From an uncultured Candidatus Saccharibacteria bacterium (lineage in GTDB: Bacteria; Patescibacteriota; Saccharimonadia; Saccharimonadales; SZUA-47), in contig CAZHXX010000001.1 of the NCBI GenBank assembly GCA_964536485.1, positions 149,643-213,642 on the forward strand: a stretch of DNA of 64,000 nt. The letters run 5' to 3'. Both the position numbers and the translations under genes were made by a program. The notes under the pieces are model-generated. The model was given only the letters and a program-made list of their open reading frames with translations. It was not told where the DNA came from and ran no database searches. This document shows positions 8,653 through 16,429 of the stretch, one piece after another. Position 1 is the stretch's first letter; the number at the start of each line of letters is the position of its first letter.

Positions 8653-8701
8653 CGCCATCAAGGCTGTGCCAGCAAAATAATGAGTTAAAATAACTTTAAG
8701 T

Positions 8702-8794
8702 GGAGAGATGGCCGAGTTGGTTGAAGGCGCACGACTCGAAATCGTGTAAGTATGGCAACATGCTTCGAGGGTTCGAATCCCTCTCTCTCCGCCA
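8702..8794 (+). tRNA. tRNA-Ser (anticodon CGA), class II long variable arm, CCA encoded
   Basis: GGAGAGA-TG-GCC...GGC-G-CACGA-CTCGAAA-TCGTG-(variable arm)-GAGGG-TTCGAAT-CCCTC-TCTCTCC-GCCA. Confidence 0.92.
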
Positions 8795-8805
8795 AAATAA
8801 GGATG

Positions 8806-8829
8806 CCGTCATTTATGACGGTATTTTTA
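8806..8829 (+). terminator. rho-independent terminator after tRNA-Ser(CGA)
   Basis: CCGTCA-TTTA-TGACGG followed by TATTTTTAT. Confidence 0.6.
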
Positions 8830-8835
8830 TTCTGA

Positions 8836-8956
8836 GTGCTAGGATGATTCGAACGACGATGTCCGGTGGACATCGGCCGCCCTTTAGCCCCGAGTGGGGT
8901 TGTCTCTAGCGAAAGTAATTTTCTCTTTCGCGGGGACAAGGTCGAATCCCTCTCTC
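8836..8956 (+). other. hairpin-rich spacer bounded by tRNA-Ser T-arm-derived fragments (element C)
   Basis: GATTCGAAC at 8846-8854 is an inverted T-arm-like piece. Hairpins: CGATGTCC-GGT-GGACATCG and GCGAAAG...CTTTCGC. GGTCGAATCCCTCTCTC at 8940-8956 copies the tRNA-Ser 3' region with one T missing. Confidence 0.4.
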
Positions 8957-8980
8957 AAGATGACAAGCTAATGAATTCTT

Positions 8981-9955
8981 CTAATCTTCTCGTGTTGCCG
9001 ATGTATCTGGGTGCTTTAATCCTTCAACGTAATTACTCACATTTATAGCTGCTGGCTCGCCATGGAGCAAGTAGTATTCTTGATTATCGTGATGAGTTGC
9101 TCCAGATATGAGCAACCATGTTCTGTCTTCATCATACTCAATAGAGAAGAACATGCGGTATCCGCCGGGGCCGTTATCGCGTGACTTGTATATTATTTTG
9201 CCATCTTGAGTTTTGCAATCTACAGCAGCTGAGTTAAAGTTTTTTAAAGAGGCTTTTATGCCATCATTTTTTATCATTTCAAAAAGATTTGATAGCTCTG
9301 CTTTTATTACTCTTGATCCACGGTCATTTTCTGAAGTGATATCCGTTATGTCTCCAGTGGTATCAATTATCGCAATATCTCTTTCATGTTTTCCTCTCTC
9401 ACTTGGCCCATCGTTAACAACAAATACCCTTGTCCCATTTGCCATTTCTTCCACATGAGCATTTTGCTCAGCTACTTTGTCGAGCATTTTGAAAGTTACT
9501 GATTCGTCTGAAACTTTATGGTCAGTATCTTTGATGTTTTTTGCTGAAGTCTCAAGCCAGACTCTTGAAATTGGGTCACCTTCTTCTGAAGCAGTGATGA
9601 TACCTTCAAGCTGGATAAGGTTAGTTGTTCTTTCTGCTCCTCGTTCTATTGCAACAGGAATTGGGCACACACCGGCAAGCTTACATGCCTTGCAACCCAA
9701 AAAATCGATAATTGGTTCTGTATCACCTTGTTCTTTGTATCTGCTGTATTCACCCGATATTTGAGCTAGTATTTCTAATGCTCCTGATTGGTCAGGGAGA
9801 AAGTCTATCGTTTGTTCAGTCGTTGTTAATTGGTCCGCAAGGGCGATATCTGGCAGAACGCGTGTTCTAACGTAGGGATTGTCTACCGGACAGTCAAGAG
9901 GTACATCTGTTTCGATCATTGTTTGTGTTTTACTTTTATGATATAATTCTAGCAT
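8981..9955 (-). CDS. hypothetical protein (324 aa); C-terminus weakly RelE/ParE-like
   Basis: AT-rich ORF. GCKACKLAGVC Cys cluster. C-terminal GYRMFFSIEYDEDRTWLLISGATHHDN resembles the RelE/ParE toxin core pattern (weak, by eye). Confidence 0.6.
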   Translation of the reverse strand: MLELYHKSKTQTMIETDVPLDCPVDNPYVRTRVLPDIALADQLTTTEQTIDFLPDQSGALEILAQISGEYSRYKEQGDTEPIIDFLGCKACKLAGVCPIPVAIERGAERTTNLIQLEGIITASEEGDPISRVWLETSAKNIKDTDHKVSDESVTFKMLDKVAEQNAHVEEMANGTRVFVVNDGPSERGKHERDIAIIDTTGDITDITSENDRGSRVIKAELSNLFEMIKNDGIKASLKNFNSAAVDCKTQDGKIIYKSRDNGPGGYRMFFSIEYDEDRTWLLISGATHHDNQEYYLLHGEPAAINVSNYVEGLKHPDTSATRED

Positions 9956-9987
9956 AAAAGTGCTAATTAGTCAATAAAAGGATATTC

Positions 9988-10185
9988 ATGATAGACGGTT
10001 TAGAAGCTCAACATGAAGGCAGAATAGTTTCTTCTGGTGTAGTTGAACATGTAAAGGGATTCATAAATCATCTTGTTAGAGATCTTGATAATATAGCTAC
10101 TGCTGAAACAACAGACTCTTTTGTAGCAGATAAGTCTGATAAAAACCAGCGCAACCAGCCTTCTTCAGACGCGACTGTTCTTTAA
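9988..10185 (+). CDS. hypothetical small protein (65 aa)
   Basis: Divergent from 8981..9955. AAAGGA lies upstream of the ATG. Confidence 0.35.
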   Translation: MIDGLEAQHEGRIVSSGVVEHVKGFINHLVRDLDNIATAETTDSFVADKSDKNQRNQPSSDATVL

Positions 10186-10709
10186 AACCGCAGACGGCGT
10201 GAGGCGCGATCAATAGCGTCTAGCTCGCGCTGTTCGTGTGGCAAGAAATTACTTATCATTGTGGCTATTTTGTCTTCTTCTTCGGGAGAAAAATAGATAA
10301 TTATGGCCGGCTTATACTTGCTTAAAGGTTTAAGCCATATGCTGTCGATTGCGCCCTCTTCAACAATAGAAAATGACCGGAAATCAGCGTAGCTATATAG
10401 TCTACCGTCGACTTTAAGCCCTTTTGCGGATAGCTCGTAGCGTTTTGAGCCGGGCTGGCGTGAGGCAAAAAATCCAGCACAAAGCGACACTGTTAAGATT
10501 GCGACAGAGGTAAGGACATCGCGGTTTAAGAGGTAGACGACGGCAGTAATAAGCAAAGAAGCGCCAAAGAGTGCCATATACCAACTAACGGGTTTTTCAT
10601 GGGCGATATACTCGGATGCTTCCCACGTAATAACTTCTTGGGGGAGAGTCATGTCCTGTTCGGGAATATCTGCTCCGTTATAGCTCCAAGGAGTTTGCTC
10701 ATCTTCCAT
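10182..10709 (-). CDS. membrane protein with C-terminal PH-like (bPH/YdbS-type) region
   Basis: Two TM helices, then YELSAKGLKVDGRLYSYADFRSFSIVEE. Start placed at M16 (MEDEQTPW); 10736 or 10754 are also possible. Confidence 0.6.
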   Translation of the reverse strand: MEDEQTPWSYNGADIPEQDMTLPQEVITWEASEYIAHEKPVSWYMALFGASLLITAVVYLLNRDVLTSVAILTVSLCAGFFASRQPGSKRYELSAKGLKVDGRLYSYADFRSFSIVEEGAIDSIWLKPLSKYKPAIIIYFSPEEEDKIATMISNFLPHEQRELDAIDRASRRLRF

Positions 10710-10802
10710 AAGCGTATTGTACACGAAATAATCCATAGATACATAACACTTCAAAAATACACGGATATAAGGTACAATTTATGAAGTAAAATCTAAAAGC
10801 GT

Positions 10803-10895
10803 GGAGAGATACCCAAGTGGCTGAAGGGGACGGTTTGCTAAATCGTTAGTGGGGCGAAAGTTCCAGCGAGGGTTCGAATCCCTCTCTCTCCGCCA
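10803..10895 (+). tRNA. tRNA-Ser (anticodon GCT), class II, CCA encoded
   Basis: GGAGAGA-TA-CCC...GGG-G-ACGGT-TTGCTAA-ATCGT-(variable arm)-GAGGG-TTCGAAT-CCCTC-TCTCTCC-GCCA. Confidence 0.92.
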
Positions 10896-10900
10896 TAAAG

Positions 10901-10933
10901 AAAAAGCCGAGACATGTACGTCTCGGCTTTTTC
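10901..10933 (+). terminator. bidirectional rho-independent terminator
   Basis: AAAAAGCCGAGAC-ATGTAC-GTCTCGGCTTTTT. Confidence 0.7.
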
Positions 10934-10935
10934 TC

Positions 10936-11107
10936 TTGATGAATAGTGTAGTATTCGAACCCGACCTTTTTACTTTAGCAAAAAAGGGTTCGCTAAATAG
11001 TCTCATCACCCTTAGGGCTGATAGATTATTTAAGTATTCTCATCCCTCTCTCAATCTTAACGACAGCACTTTTTGTGCTCGTCTATCAAGGCGAATCCCT
11101 CTCGCCA
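10936..11107 (+). other. spacer bounded by tRNA-Ser T-arm-derived fragments (element D)
   Basis: ATTCGAACCC at 10953-10962 is an inverted copy of GGGTTCGAAT. ATCCCTCTCTC lies at 11042-11052. GGCGAATCCCTCTCGCCA lies at 11090-11107. Confidence 0.4.
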
Positions 11108-11120
11108 TAAATAAAAGGTC

Positions 11121-11342
11121 TTAGTCCTCTTTCACGCCTCGGTCATATTTCCCGGTAACCATTATAACCAGGCCTACCGTGGCAATCCCCACTAGAGAAT
11201 AGATAATGCGCTGTAGGTTGTCGGAATTAAATAGCTCTGCTACTAGGTTATAATCAAATAGTCCTATGAGCCCCCAGTTAAGCCCGCCAACAGCTGTCAG
11301 TATAAAAAATATCCATTCAAGGGTAGTCATTCTTTGATTCAT
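11121..11342 (-). CDS. DUF378-family small membrane protein
   Basis: MNQRMTTLEWIFFILTAVGGLNWGLIGLF... pattern. AAGGAG lies 7 nt upstream of the ATG at 11342. The longer ORF-track version is rejected. Confidence 0.75.
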   Translation of the reverse strand: MNQRMTTLEWIFFILTAVGGLNWGLIGLFDYNLVAELFNSDNLQRIIYSLVGIATVGLVIMVTGKYDRGVKED

Positions 11343-11475
11343 GCATCTTCTCCTTATTACTTGGCCTAAGGTTATCAGCTGGTACCAAAGAAAGAAGTAA
11401 GAATAGTTACACTGTGTGTTTACGTCTCCAGCACGTATACTAGTAACAAAGTAAGGGCAGCGTAGTATAAAAATT

Positions 11476-12075
11476 ATGAGCACAACAGTAGAACGCTGTG
11501 GCTGGGTAAGCGACGACCCGCTCTATGTGCGCTATCACGATAGCGAGTGGGGCGTGCCAGTTCATGACGACAGAGTACTTTTTGAATTTCTCATACTAGA
11601 GGGCGCACAAGCAGGCCTCAGTTGGATTACTGTACTGAAAAGAAGGGAAGGCTATAGAACGGCTTTTGCTAACTTTGACGTAAAGACCGTTGCAAGTTTT
11701 GACGATAAAAAAGTAATAGAACTTCTCGAGAATCCAAATATCGTACGCCATAGCTTGAAAATTAGGTCGGCAATTAGCAACGCGAAGATAGTTCTCGCCT
11801 TGCAGAAGGAATTCGGAAGTTTTTCTGCTTATTTATGGGGATTTGTCGGCAATAAGCCAATTACTGCTCGCCCTAAAACTTTGACCGACGTCCCAAGTAC
11901 GAGTGCTCTTGCCGTAGAAATTAGCAAGGACCTCAAGAAGAGAGGCATGAGTTTTGTTGGCCCAACGATCGTGTACGCCTATCTGCAGGCTGTTGGAGTA
12001 GTGAATGACCATGTCAAAAACTGTTTCAAGTCTGTATCATATGAGTATGACTACACCACTCACCGTCATTTTTGA
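11476..12075 (+). CDS. tag: DNA-3-methyladenine glycosylase I
   Basis: RCGWVSDDPLYVRYHDSEWGVPVHDD...EGAQAGLSWITVL is the Tag signature. Confidence 0.9.
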   Translation: MSTTVERCGWVSDDPLYVRYHDSEWGVPVHDDRVLFEFLILEGAQAGLSWITVLKRREGYRTAFANFDVKTVASFDDKKVIELLENPNIVRHSLKIRSAISNAKIVLALQKEFGSFSAYLWGFVGNKPITARPKTLTDVPSTSALAVEISKDLKKRGMSFVGPTIVYAYLQAVGVVNDHVKNCFKSVSYEYDYTTHRHF

Positions 12076-12694
12076 TTTTGATGGGACGCTCGCGAACACC
12101 CTAGAACTTGTTGCAAAAATCTATAACGATAATGCGCATAATTTTGGTGCGCTCCAGATAGATCTCGAGCAAATGTCAGAATACAGGAAGCTGGGGTATA
12201 AGAAGGCAATGAAGAAGCTCCATATTCGGTGGACTGTTCTGCCTCGCCTTGTGTTGTTTGTGAGCCGAGAAATGAAGCAGCAAATGAAAGGGGTAAAGCC
12301 CTACCCAGGTATCGTGGCTACTTTAAAAGAGCTACAAGGGCAGGGAATTTCTATAGGAGTTTTAACCTCCAATGATGCCGAACTAGTACAAGATTTTTTT
12401 ACGGCTCACCAGTTCCCGCATTTTGACTTTGTGGTGAGTGAAAAAACAATGTTTGGTAAAGAAAAAGCGTTGCGCCGGATAATGAAGCGCCACAAGTTAC
12501 CCACAGACCGCGTTATCTATGTGGGGGATGAACCGCGGGATATTACGGCAAGTAATAAGGCTAGCATTAAAGTGATTGGGGTAACTTGGGGTGTTGGAGG
12601 AAAAGAAGCATTTGTTGCTACTCCCCCGGACGTTCAAGTTGACAGTGCGGATGAACTAAAAAAGGCCGTTATTCGTCTGAATAGCGACCTTTAA
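12047..12694 (+). CDS. HAD-family hydrolase (phosphoglycolate phosphatase/PpaX-like)
   Basis: VIFDFDGTLANT motif I, LTSN, K...YVGDEPRD. Start at M15 (M13 at 12041 is also possible). Confidence 0.8.
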   Translation: MTTPLTVIFDFDGTLANTLELVAKIYNDNAHNFGALQIDLEQMSEYRKLGYKKAMKKLHIRWTVLPRLVLFVSREMKQQMKGVKPYPGIVATLKELQGQGISIGVLTSNDAELVQDFFTAHQFPHFDFVVSEKTMFGKEKALRRIMKRHKLPTDRVIYVGDEPRDITASNKASIKVIGVTWGVGGKEAFVATPPDVQVDSADELKKAVIRLNSDL

Positions 12695-12711
12695 AGTTAC
12701 AAGAAATTGTT

Positions 12712-13152
12712 TTACAAACCGATTGGCTCGAATGACTGTTTGTTTACCTTGAGTTTTAGGCTGTCAATTTTCCATCTTCCGGCTACCTTGCGGAAGTTGT
12801 ATTCATAGACGCCGTTCATCTTGTGTACGTAGCGCTTACCTTCCTTAAGGGTATAGTAGCGAGCTTCAATTTCGCTTGTTGCTGCTACTTCTTTTTTCCC
12901 GGTTCGCTCAATATCCATGTGTCCAAGACGGTGACGAGCGCTGTAATAAAGGTCGCGAATCATACGGCGCCAACCGTACAAGACACTTGCGGCTGCCTTT
13001 TTGCCTGGAGCTTCTTTGTTAAAAACACTTTCATCAATGTAAGGTGTTTCGGTAAAAAGCTGTTCAAGCTTATCCCACTGACCCTGGTCTCGGTATTCCA
13101 TAACCTGCTCAATGAGTTCTCGTATGTGTGCGTTTACTGCTGCTGAGTACAT
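12712..13152 (-). CDS. NTF2/SnoaL-like fold protein
   Basis: IRELIEQVMEYRDQGQWDKLEQLFTE...GRWKIDSL follows the SnoaL_4-like pattern. Confidence 0.6.
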   Translation of the reverse strand: MYSAAVNAHIRELIEQVMEYRDQGQWDKLEQLFTETPYIDESVFNKEAPGKKAAASVLYGWRRMIRDLYYSARHRLGHMDIERTGKKEVAATSEIEARYYTLKEGKRYVHKMNGVYEYNFRKVAGRWKIDSLKLKVNKQSFEPIGL

Positions 13153-13279
13153 GTAATGTAACCCTCCTTTACCCCCAATTACTTGGGTAGTTTTTCTATA
13201 CTACACTATGGCTGAAAAATTAGCAATAAGCAATGCCGAGTGCTAAAATTACAACTTTTTCATCTGTTACAATAGACAA

Positions 13280-13735
13280 ATGACTATAGCAATAATTAGT
13301 GTTGGTGCTCGGCCCAAGTCAGAAGTTGCATTGCTTATTAATGATTTTCTAAAACGCCTCCCAAAACACATTCATGTGTCCTGGCACTTCGTCAAACACG
13401 GATCGGGTGATCCGCAAACAAGTAAACAGCAGGAAGCTGAGGCTATCCTGAGAACCATCGGAAGCCGCCGGCAGAAAATTATCTTGCTTGACGAAAAAGG
13501 CACACAAATGAGCTCGCCCGAGCTTGCGAAGACTGTGTTTGCAGAAGGTAATGAAGATATAACTTTTATAATTGGCGGGGCTTACGGTGTGGCAGAGTCT
13601 ATTGAGCAAAGATCAGACAGTATATGGTCACTCGGTAGACTCGTATATCCGCACCAACTTGTGAGGGTGATACTAGCAGAGCAACTTTACCGTGCTTACG
13701 CCATTCATAGTGGTCACCCGTATCATCACGAATAA
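13280..13735 (+). CDS. rlmH: 23S rRNA (pseudouridine1915-N3)-methyltransferase RlmH
   Basis: SPOUT pattern: LLDEKG...FIIGGAYGV...LVYPHQLVRVILAEQLYRAY. Confidence 0.88.
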   Translation: MTIAIISVGARPKSEVALLINDFLKRLPKHIHVSWHFVKHGSGDPQTSKQQEAEAILRTIGSRRQKIILLDEKGTQMSSPELAKTVFAEGNEDITFIIGGAYGVAESIEQRSDSIWSLGRLVYPHQLVRVILAEQLYRAYAIHSGHPYHHE

Positions 13736-13769
13736 CAAACGTAAGCAAGTTGTGAGATAATACTCACAT

Positions 13770-14441
13770 ATGAATGTTTTGATGGTCTATGCACACGAAG
13801 ATCCTACCTCCTTTGGTGCTGCGATGCATAATCGAGCGCTAAGCTTTTTAGAAAAAAATGGGCATCACGTCGTCGTTTCTGACCTCTATGCGTCAGGATT
13901 TCATGCGGTTGCGGCAAAATGGGACTTTGTGGTGTCCGGCGGAGCTCATCAAAATTACATGCTTGAACAAAAGCGAGCCTCTACAAGTGATGATGCCGGC
14001 TTTGCGGAAGATATAAAAACAGAAATTGCGAAAGTACGCACCGCAGACCTATTAATAATTGAGTTCCCTCTGTGGTGGAGCGCAATGCCAGCAATGATGA
14101 AGGGCTGGTTTGATAAAGTTTTTGCGATGGGTATAGCTTGGGACGGCGAACACCGCTACTCGAGCGGGCTATTGAGAGGGAAGCAGGTGCTAGTAATGAC
14201 TGATGTTGGTGACCCAGCGGAGGCTTACAGCGTTAATGGTATCCATGGTGCTACCGTTGAGCAACACCTCTACCCATTGCTCCACAGTACGCTTGCCCAT
14301 GCAGGACTGGACGTCCTTGCACCGTTTATCCCATGCGGTATCACTTTAGCTCGTGACGATGAACGCCAACAACACCTTGATGCGCTAGACGGGTACTTAG
14401 AAAAAATGCAAACAGAACCTTCTTTCTTATACAAACATTAA
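13770..14441 (+). CDS. flavodoxin-like NAD(P)H dehydrogenase (quinone) family protein
   Basis: VLMVYAHEDPTSF...SDLYASGF...FPLWWSAMPAMMKGWFDKV (Flavodoxin_2/NQO-like). Confidence 0.8.
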   Translation: MNVLMVYAHEDPTSFGAAMHNRALSFLEKNGHHVVVSDLYASGFHAVAAKWDFVVSGGAHQNYMLEQKRASTSDDAGFAEDIKTEIAKVRTADLLIIEFPLWWSAMPAMMKGWFDKVFAMGIAWDGEHRYSSGLLRGKQVLVMTDVGDPAEAYSVNGIHGATVEQHLYPLLHSTLAHAGLDVLAPFIPCGITLARDDERQQHLDALDGYLEKMQTEPSFLYKH

Positions 14442-14447
14442 CTAGCT

Positions 14448-15002
14448 CTAAAATGGCTTGTCTTGAAGGCGTAGCAACCAGGCAACTATGTTTAATGCTG
14501 GGTGTAAAAATAGGGTAAGCAGAAGCCCAAAAATATAGTAACTTGTAGGCAGGACAAAAAAGGGTAGGCTTGCAACAAGTCCGCCCAAGACAAAATCAAG
14601 TTGATCAAAAGGTACCCAGCTTTTACCTGGCGCAACGTTTGCCTGCCGTTTGAAAAAACTTTTTATTGCATCCCCCGCCATAGCCCCAAATCCTAAGCAG
14701 GCTCCCATGAGCAGTATCTTCGGTGATGTGTAGTCAACACCATAGCTAAATCTTGTAAAGAAATCGGTAACATTACTTAAGAACAGCTGAATAAGTGCTA
14801 CTAAAATTCCAAAAATGGTGCCAGCCATAATGCCTCGGATCGTTTTATGCGAGCCAAAGATTCGTTTTCCGCGAAAGGTTTTATGAAAGTCGAGAGGCTG
14901 AGTATACTTTTTTAGGAACGAAATATTGTCTGCAATGACCGGCCCCATATTAGCAATGCCAGTAGGTAGGTAGAGCCAAAGAATGATAAAAAGTTCATGC
15001 AT
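14448..15002 (-). CDS. CDP-archaeol synthase-like (CarS/DUF46 family) membrane protein
   Basis: GSHKTIRG and GDAIKSFFKRQ...PFDQLDF motifs. Multi-TM. Confidence 0.7.
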   Translation of the reverse strand: MHELFIILWLYLPTGIANMGPVIADNISFLKKYTQPLDFHKTFRGKRIFGSHKTIRGIMAGTIFGILVALIQLFLSNVTDFFTRFSYGVDYTSPKILLMGACLGFGAMAGDAIKSFFKRQANVAPGKSWVPFDQLDFVLGGLVASLPFFVLPTSYYIFGLLLTLFLHPALNIVAWLLRLQDKPF

Positions 15003-15657
15003 TTTTTTGTCGCCTTAGTACTTTTACTATTTTCGCACGTTTTGGGGCTAAAACATCACCGATACTTGGGCGTTGATACGTTTTTTTAGCTTTTTGTAGC
15101 AGTTGTATGAGTGTTTCTCTGGTGGGAAGTGTCTCTAGAGTCGTAAATGTTTTACCTAAAGCTTTTGCACGGTGCGCGTCGCTAGAAGCGAACGTTGGTA
15201 TGTTGTGAAGACGTGCCCATGTATGAGCTTGTGGTCCTTTGTTTTGAAGCAAAGCTCTCCCGTTGGCACTTTCAAGGATGTCTATTGACGATCGTATTCT
15301 TTGCAATGCCTGGGGTGAGATACCTTTGCGAACGGTTTCAAATGGGTGAGGTATATAAACTATGCCACCCTGTTTTCTGACAGCTTCTATAGTGACCTCT
15401 AGTGATTGGTTAGGGAGGATAGGTGACGATAAGTAGAGGCCGATAATTTCTCCTTCGCTGGTGGCTATCTCTTCACCAACGATGATTTTGTCGCTCCCCA
15501 GTTCTTCTTGAAGCTTTTGTGCAAGATCAATTCGATTATGGTCGGTAATAGCAATACAATCAAGAACACCAGACGCTAAGACTTTTTTGTACTGGGCCAT
15601 GCTGATGGCGCCATCATGAGATGCAGTGGAGTGAGTGTGTAAATCAACTCGAGGCAT
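14995..15657 (-). CDS. PHP-domain metal-dependent phosphoesterase
   Basis: VDLHTHSTASHDGA...ITDHN...HPF...SDAH. Confidence 0.8.
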   Translation of the reverse strand: MPRVDLHTHSTASHDGAISMAQYKKVLASGVLDCIAITDHNRIDLAQKLQEELGSDKIIVGEEIATSEGEIIGLYLSSPILPNQSLEVTIEAVRKQGGIVYIPHPFETVRKGISPQALQRIRSSIDILESANGRALLQNKGPQAHTWARLHNIPTFASSDAHRAKALGKTFTTLETLPTRETLIQLLQKAKKTYQRPSIGDVLAPKRAKIVKVLRRQKNA

Positions 15658-15659
15658 GA

Positions 15660-16370
15660 CTACTTGAGGGTCTTTTTTTTGATAGTCACCGTGCTACGCG
15701 CCGCCGTATCTTCGATAGAAAGCAGGCGTGCTACTTCCATAAAGCGCATCGATGCTGTAATAAGATTGAGGGCAATAATAAGGTTCAGGAGAGGTGCGAG
15801 GAGTCCTGAGACTAACCCTGCAATTAGCAGAAACATCCGAATTTCATAGCGAGCAATTCCTTGTGAGAAAGCTCGATTAAGAAGTTGCTTATCATGTGCA
15901 TCTGTTGATACAGCCATTTCACCCTTGGCTTTTACATAGCTTACTAAAAGGCTTGTTGACGCGACGGCTGGTACCACCCATACACTAATATCTTTTGCAT
16001 ATGAAGGGTCGTGAGCAATATATACAGCAAGTGCAGAGTAGATGAGTGTCTCCTTTAGTCTGTCGGTCACTGCATCAAAAAACATGCCCATTTTGCTTGC
16101 TGACTTTTGTTCCCGTGCGAGAGCGCCGTCAAGAGAGTCCATGAGTCCAAAGACAGCAATGTAGATGGCTGCAAATATCGGCCTACCCGTCCATAAAGCC
16201 CACGCCGCGGGGAAGTGCCCGAGGAGTGACAAAAGGGTAATATGTGCAGGCTTTATTGCTCCATTAGTGGCGTTGTTTAGGAAGTGAGCAAAGCGTGCCA
16301 TCACCACACGAACAGCGTTGCCAATTGTTTCAGTAGGATCTTGCATGCCTACAGTATAACTTACTTCCAA
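15660..16370 (-). CDS. CDP-alcohol phosphatidyltransferase family protein
   Basis: DSLDGALAR...G...DAVTDR signature. Multi-TM. Confidence 0.85.
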   Translation of the reverse strand: MEVSYTVGMQDPTETIGNAVRVVMARFAHFLNNATNGAIKPAHITLLSLLGHFPAAWALWTGRPIFAAIYIAVFGLMDSLDGALAREQKSASKMGMFFDAVTDRLKETLIYSALAVYIAHDPSYAKDISVWVVPAVASTSLLVSYVKAKGEMAVSTDAHDKQLLNRAFSQGIARYEIRMFLLIAGLVSGLLAPLLNLIIALNLITASMRFMEVARLLSIEDTAARSTVTIKKKTLK

Positions 16371-16429
16371 AAAAAGAATATCTCATGGAGTACTGCCAAG
16401 AACAAACTCTGTCGTATAATAGGACGAGT

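Noticed and set aside
8521-8794. Reading 8521-8794 as one tRNA-Ser gene with a ~180-nt intron, or as a split or permuted tRNA.
   Set aside because: The downstream tRNA-Ser (8702-8794) is complete on its own. The upstream piece supplies only a duplicate acceptor 5' strand and D-arm, and no matching 3' half or intron catalytic core is visible.
8685-11124. ORFs 8685..8939(-), 8700..8909(+), 8866..9048(+), 10779..11009(-) and 10849..11124(+).
   Set aside because: They are translations across tRNA genes, terminators and tRNA-derived fragments (for example ...GFEPS.. / ..RGFESLSLR.. come from the T-arm) and are not genes.
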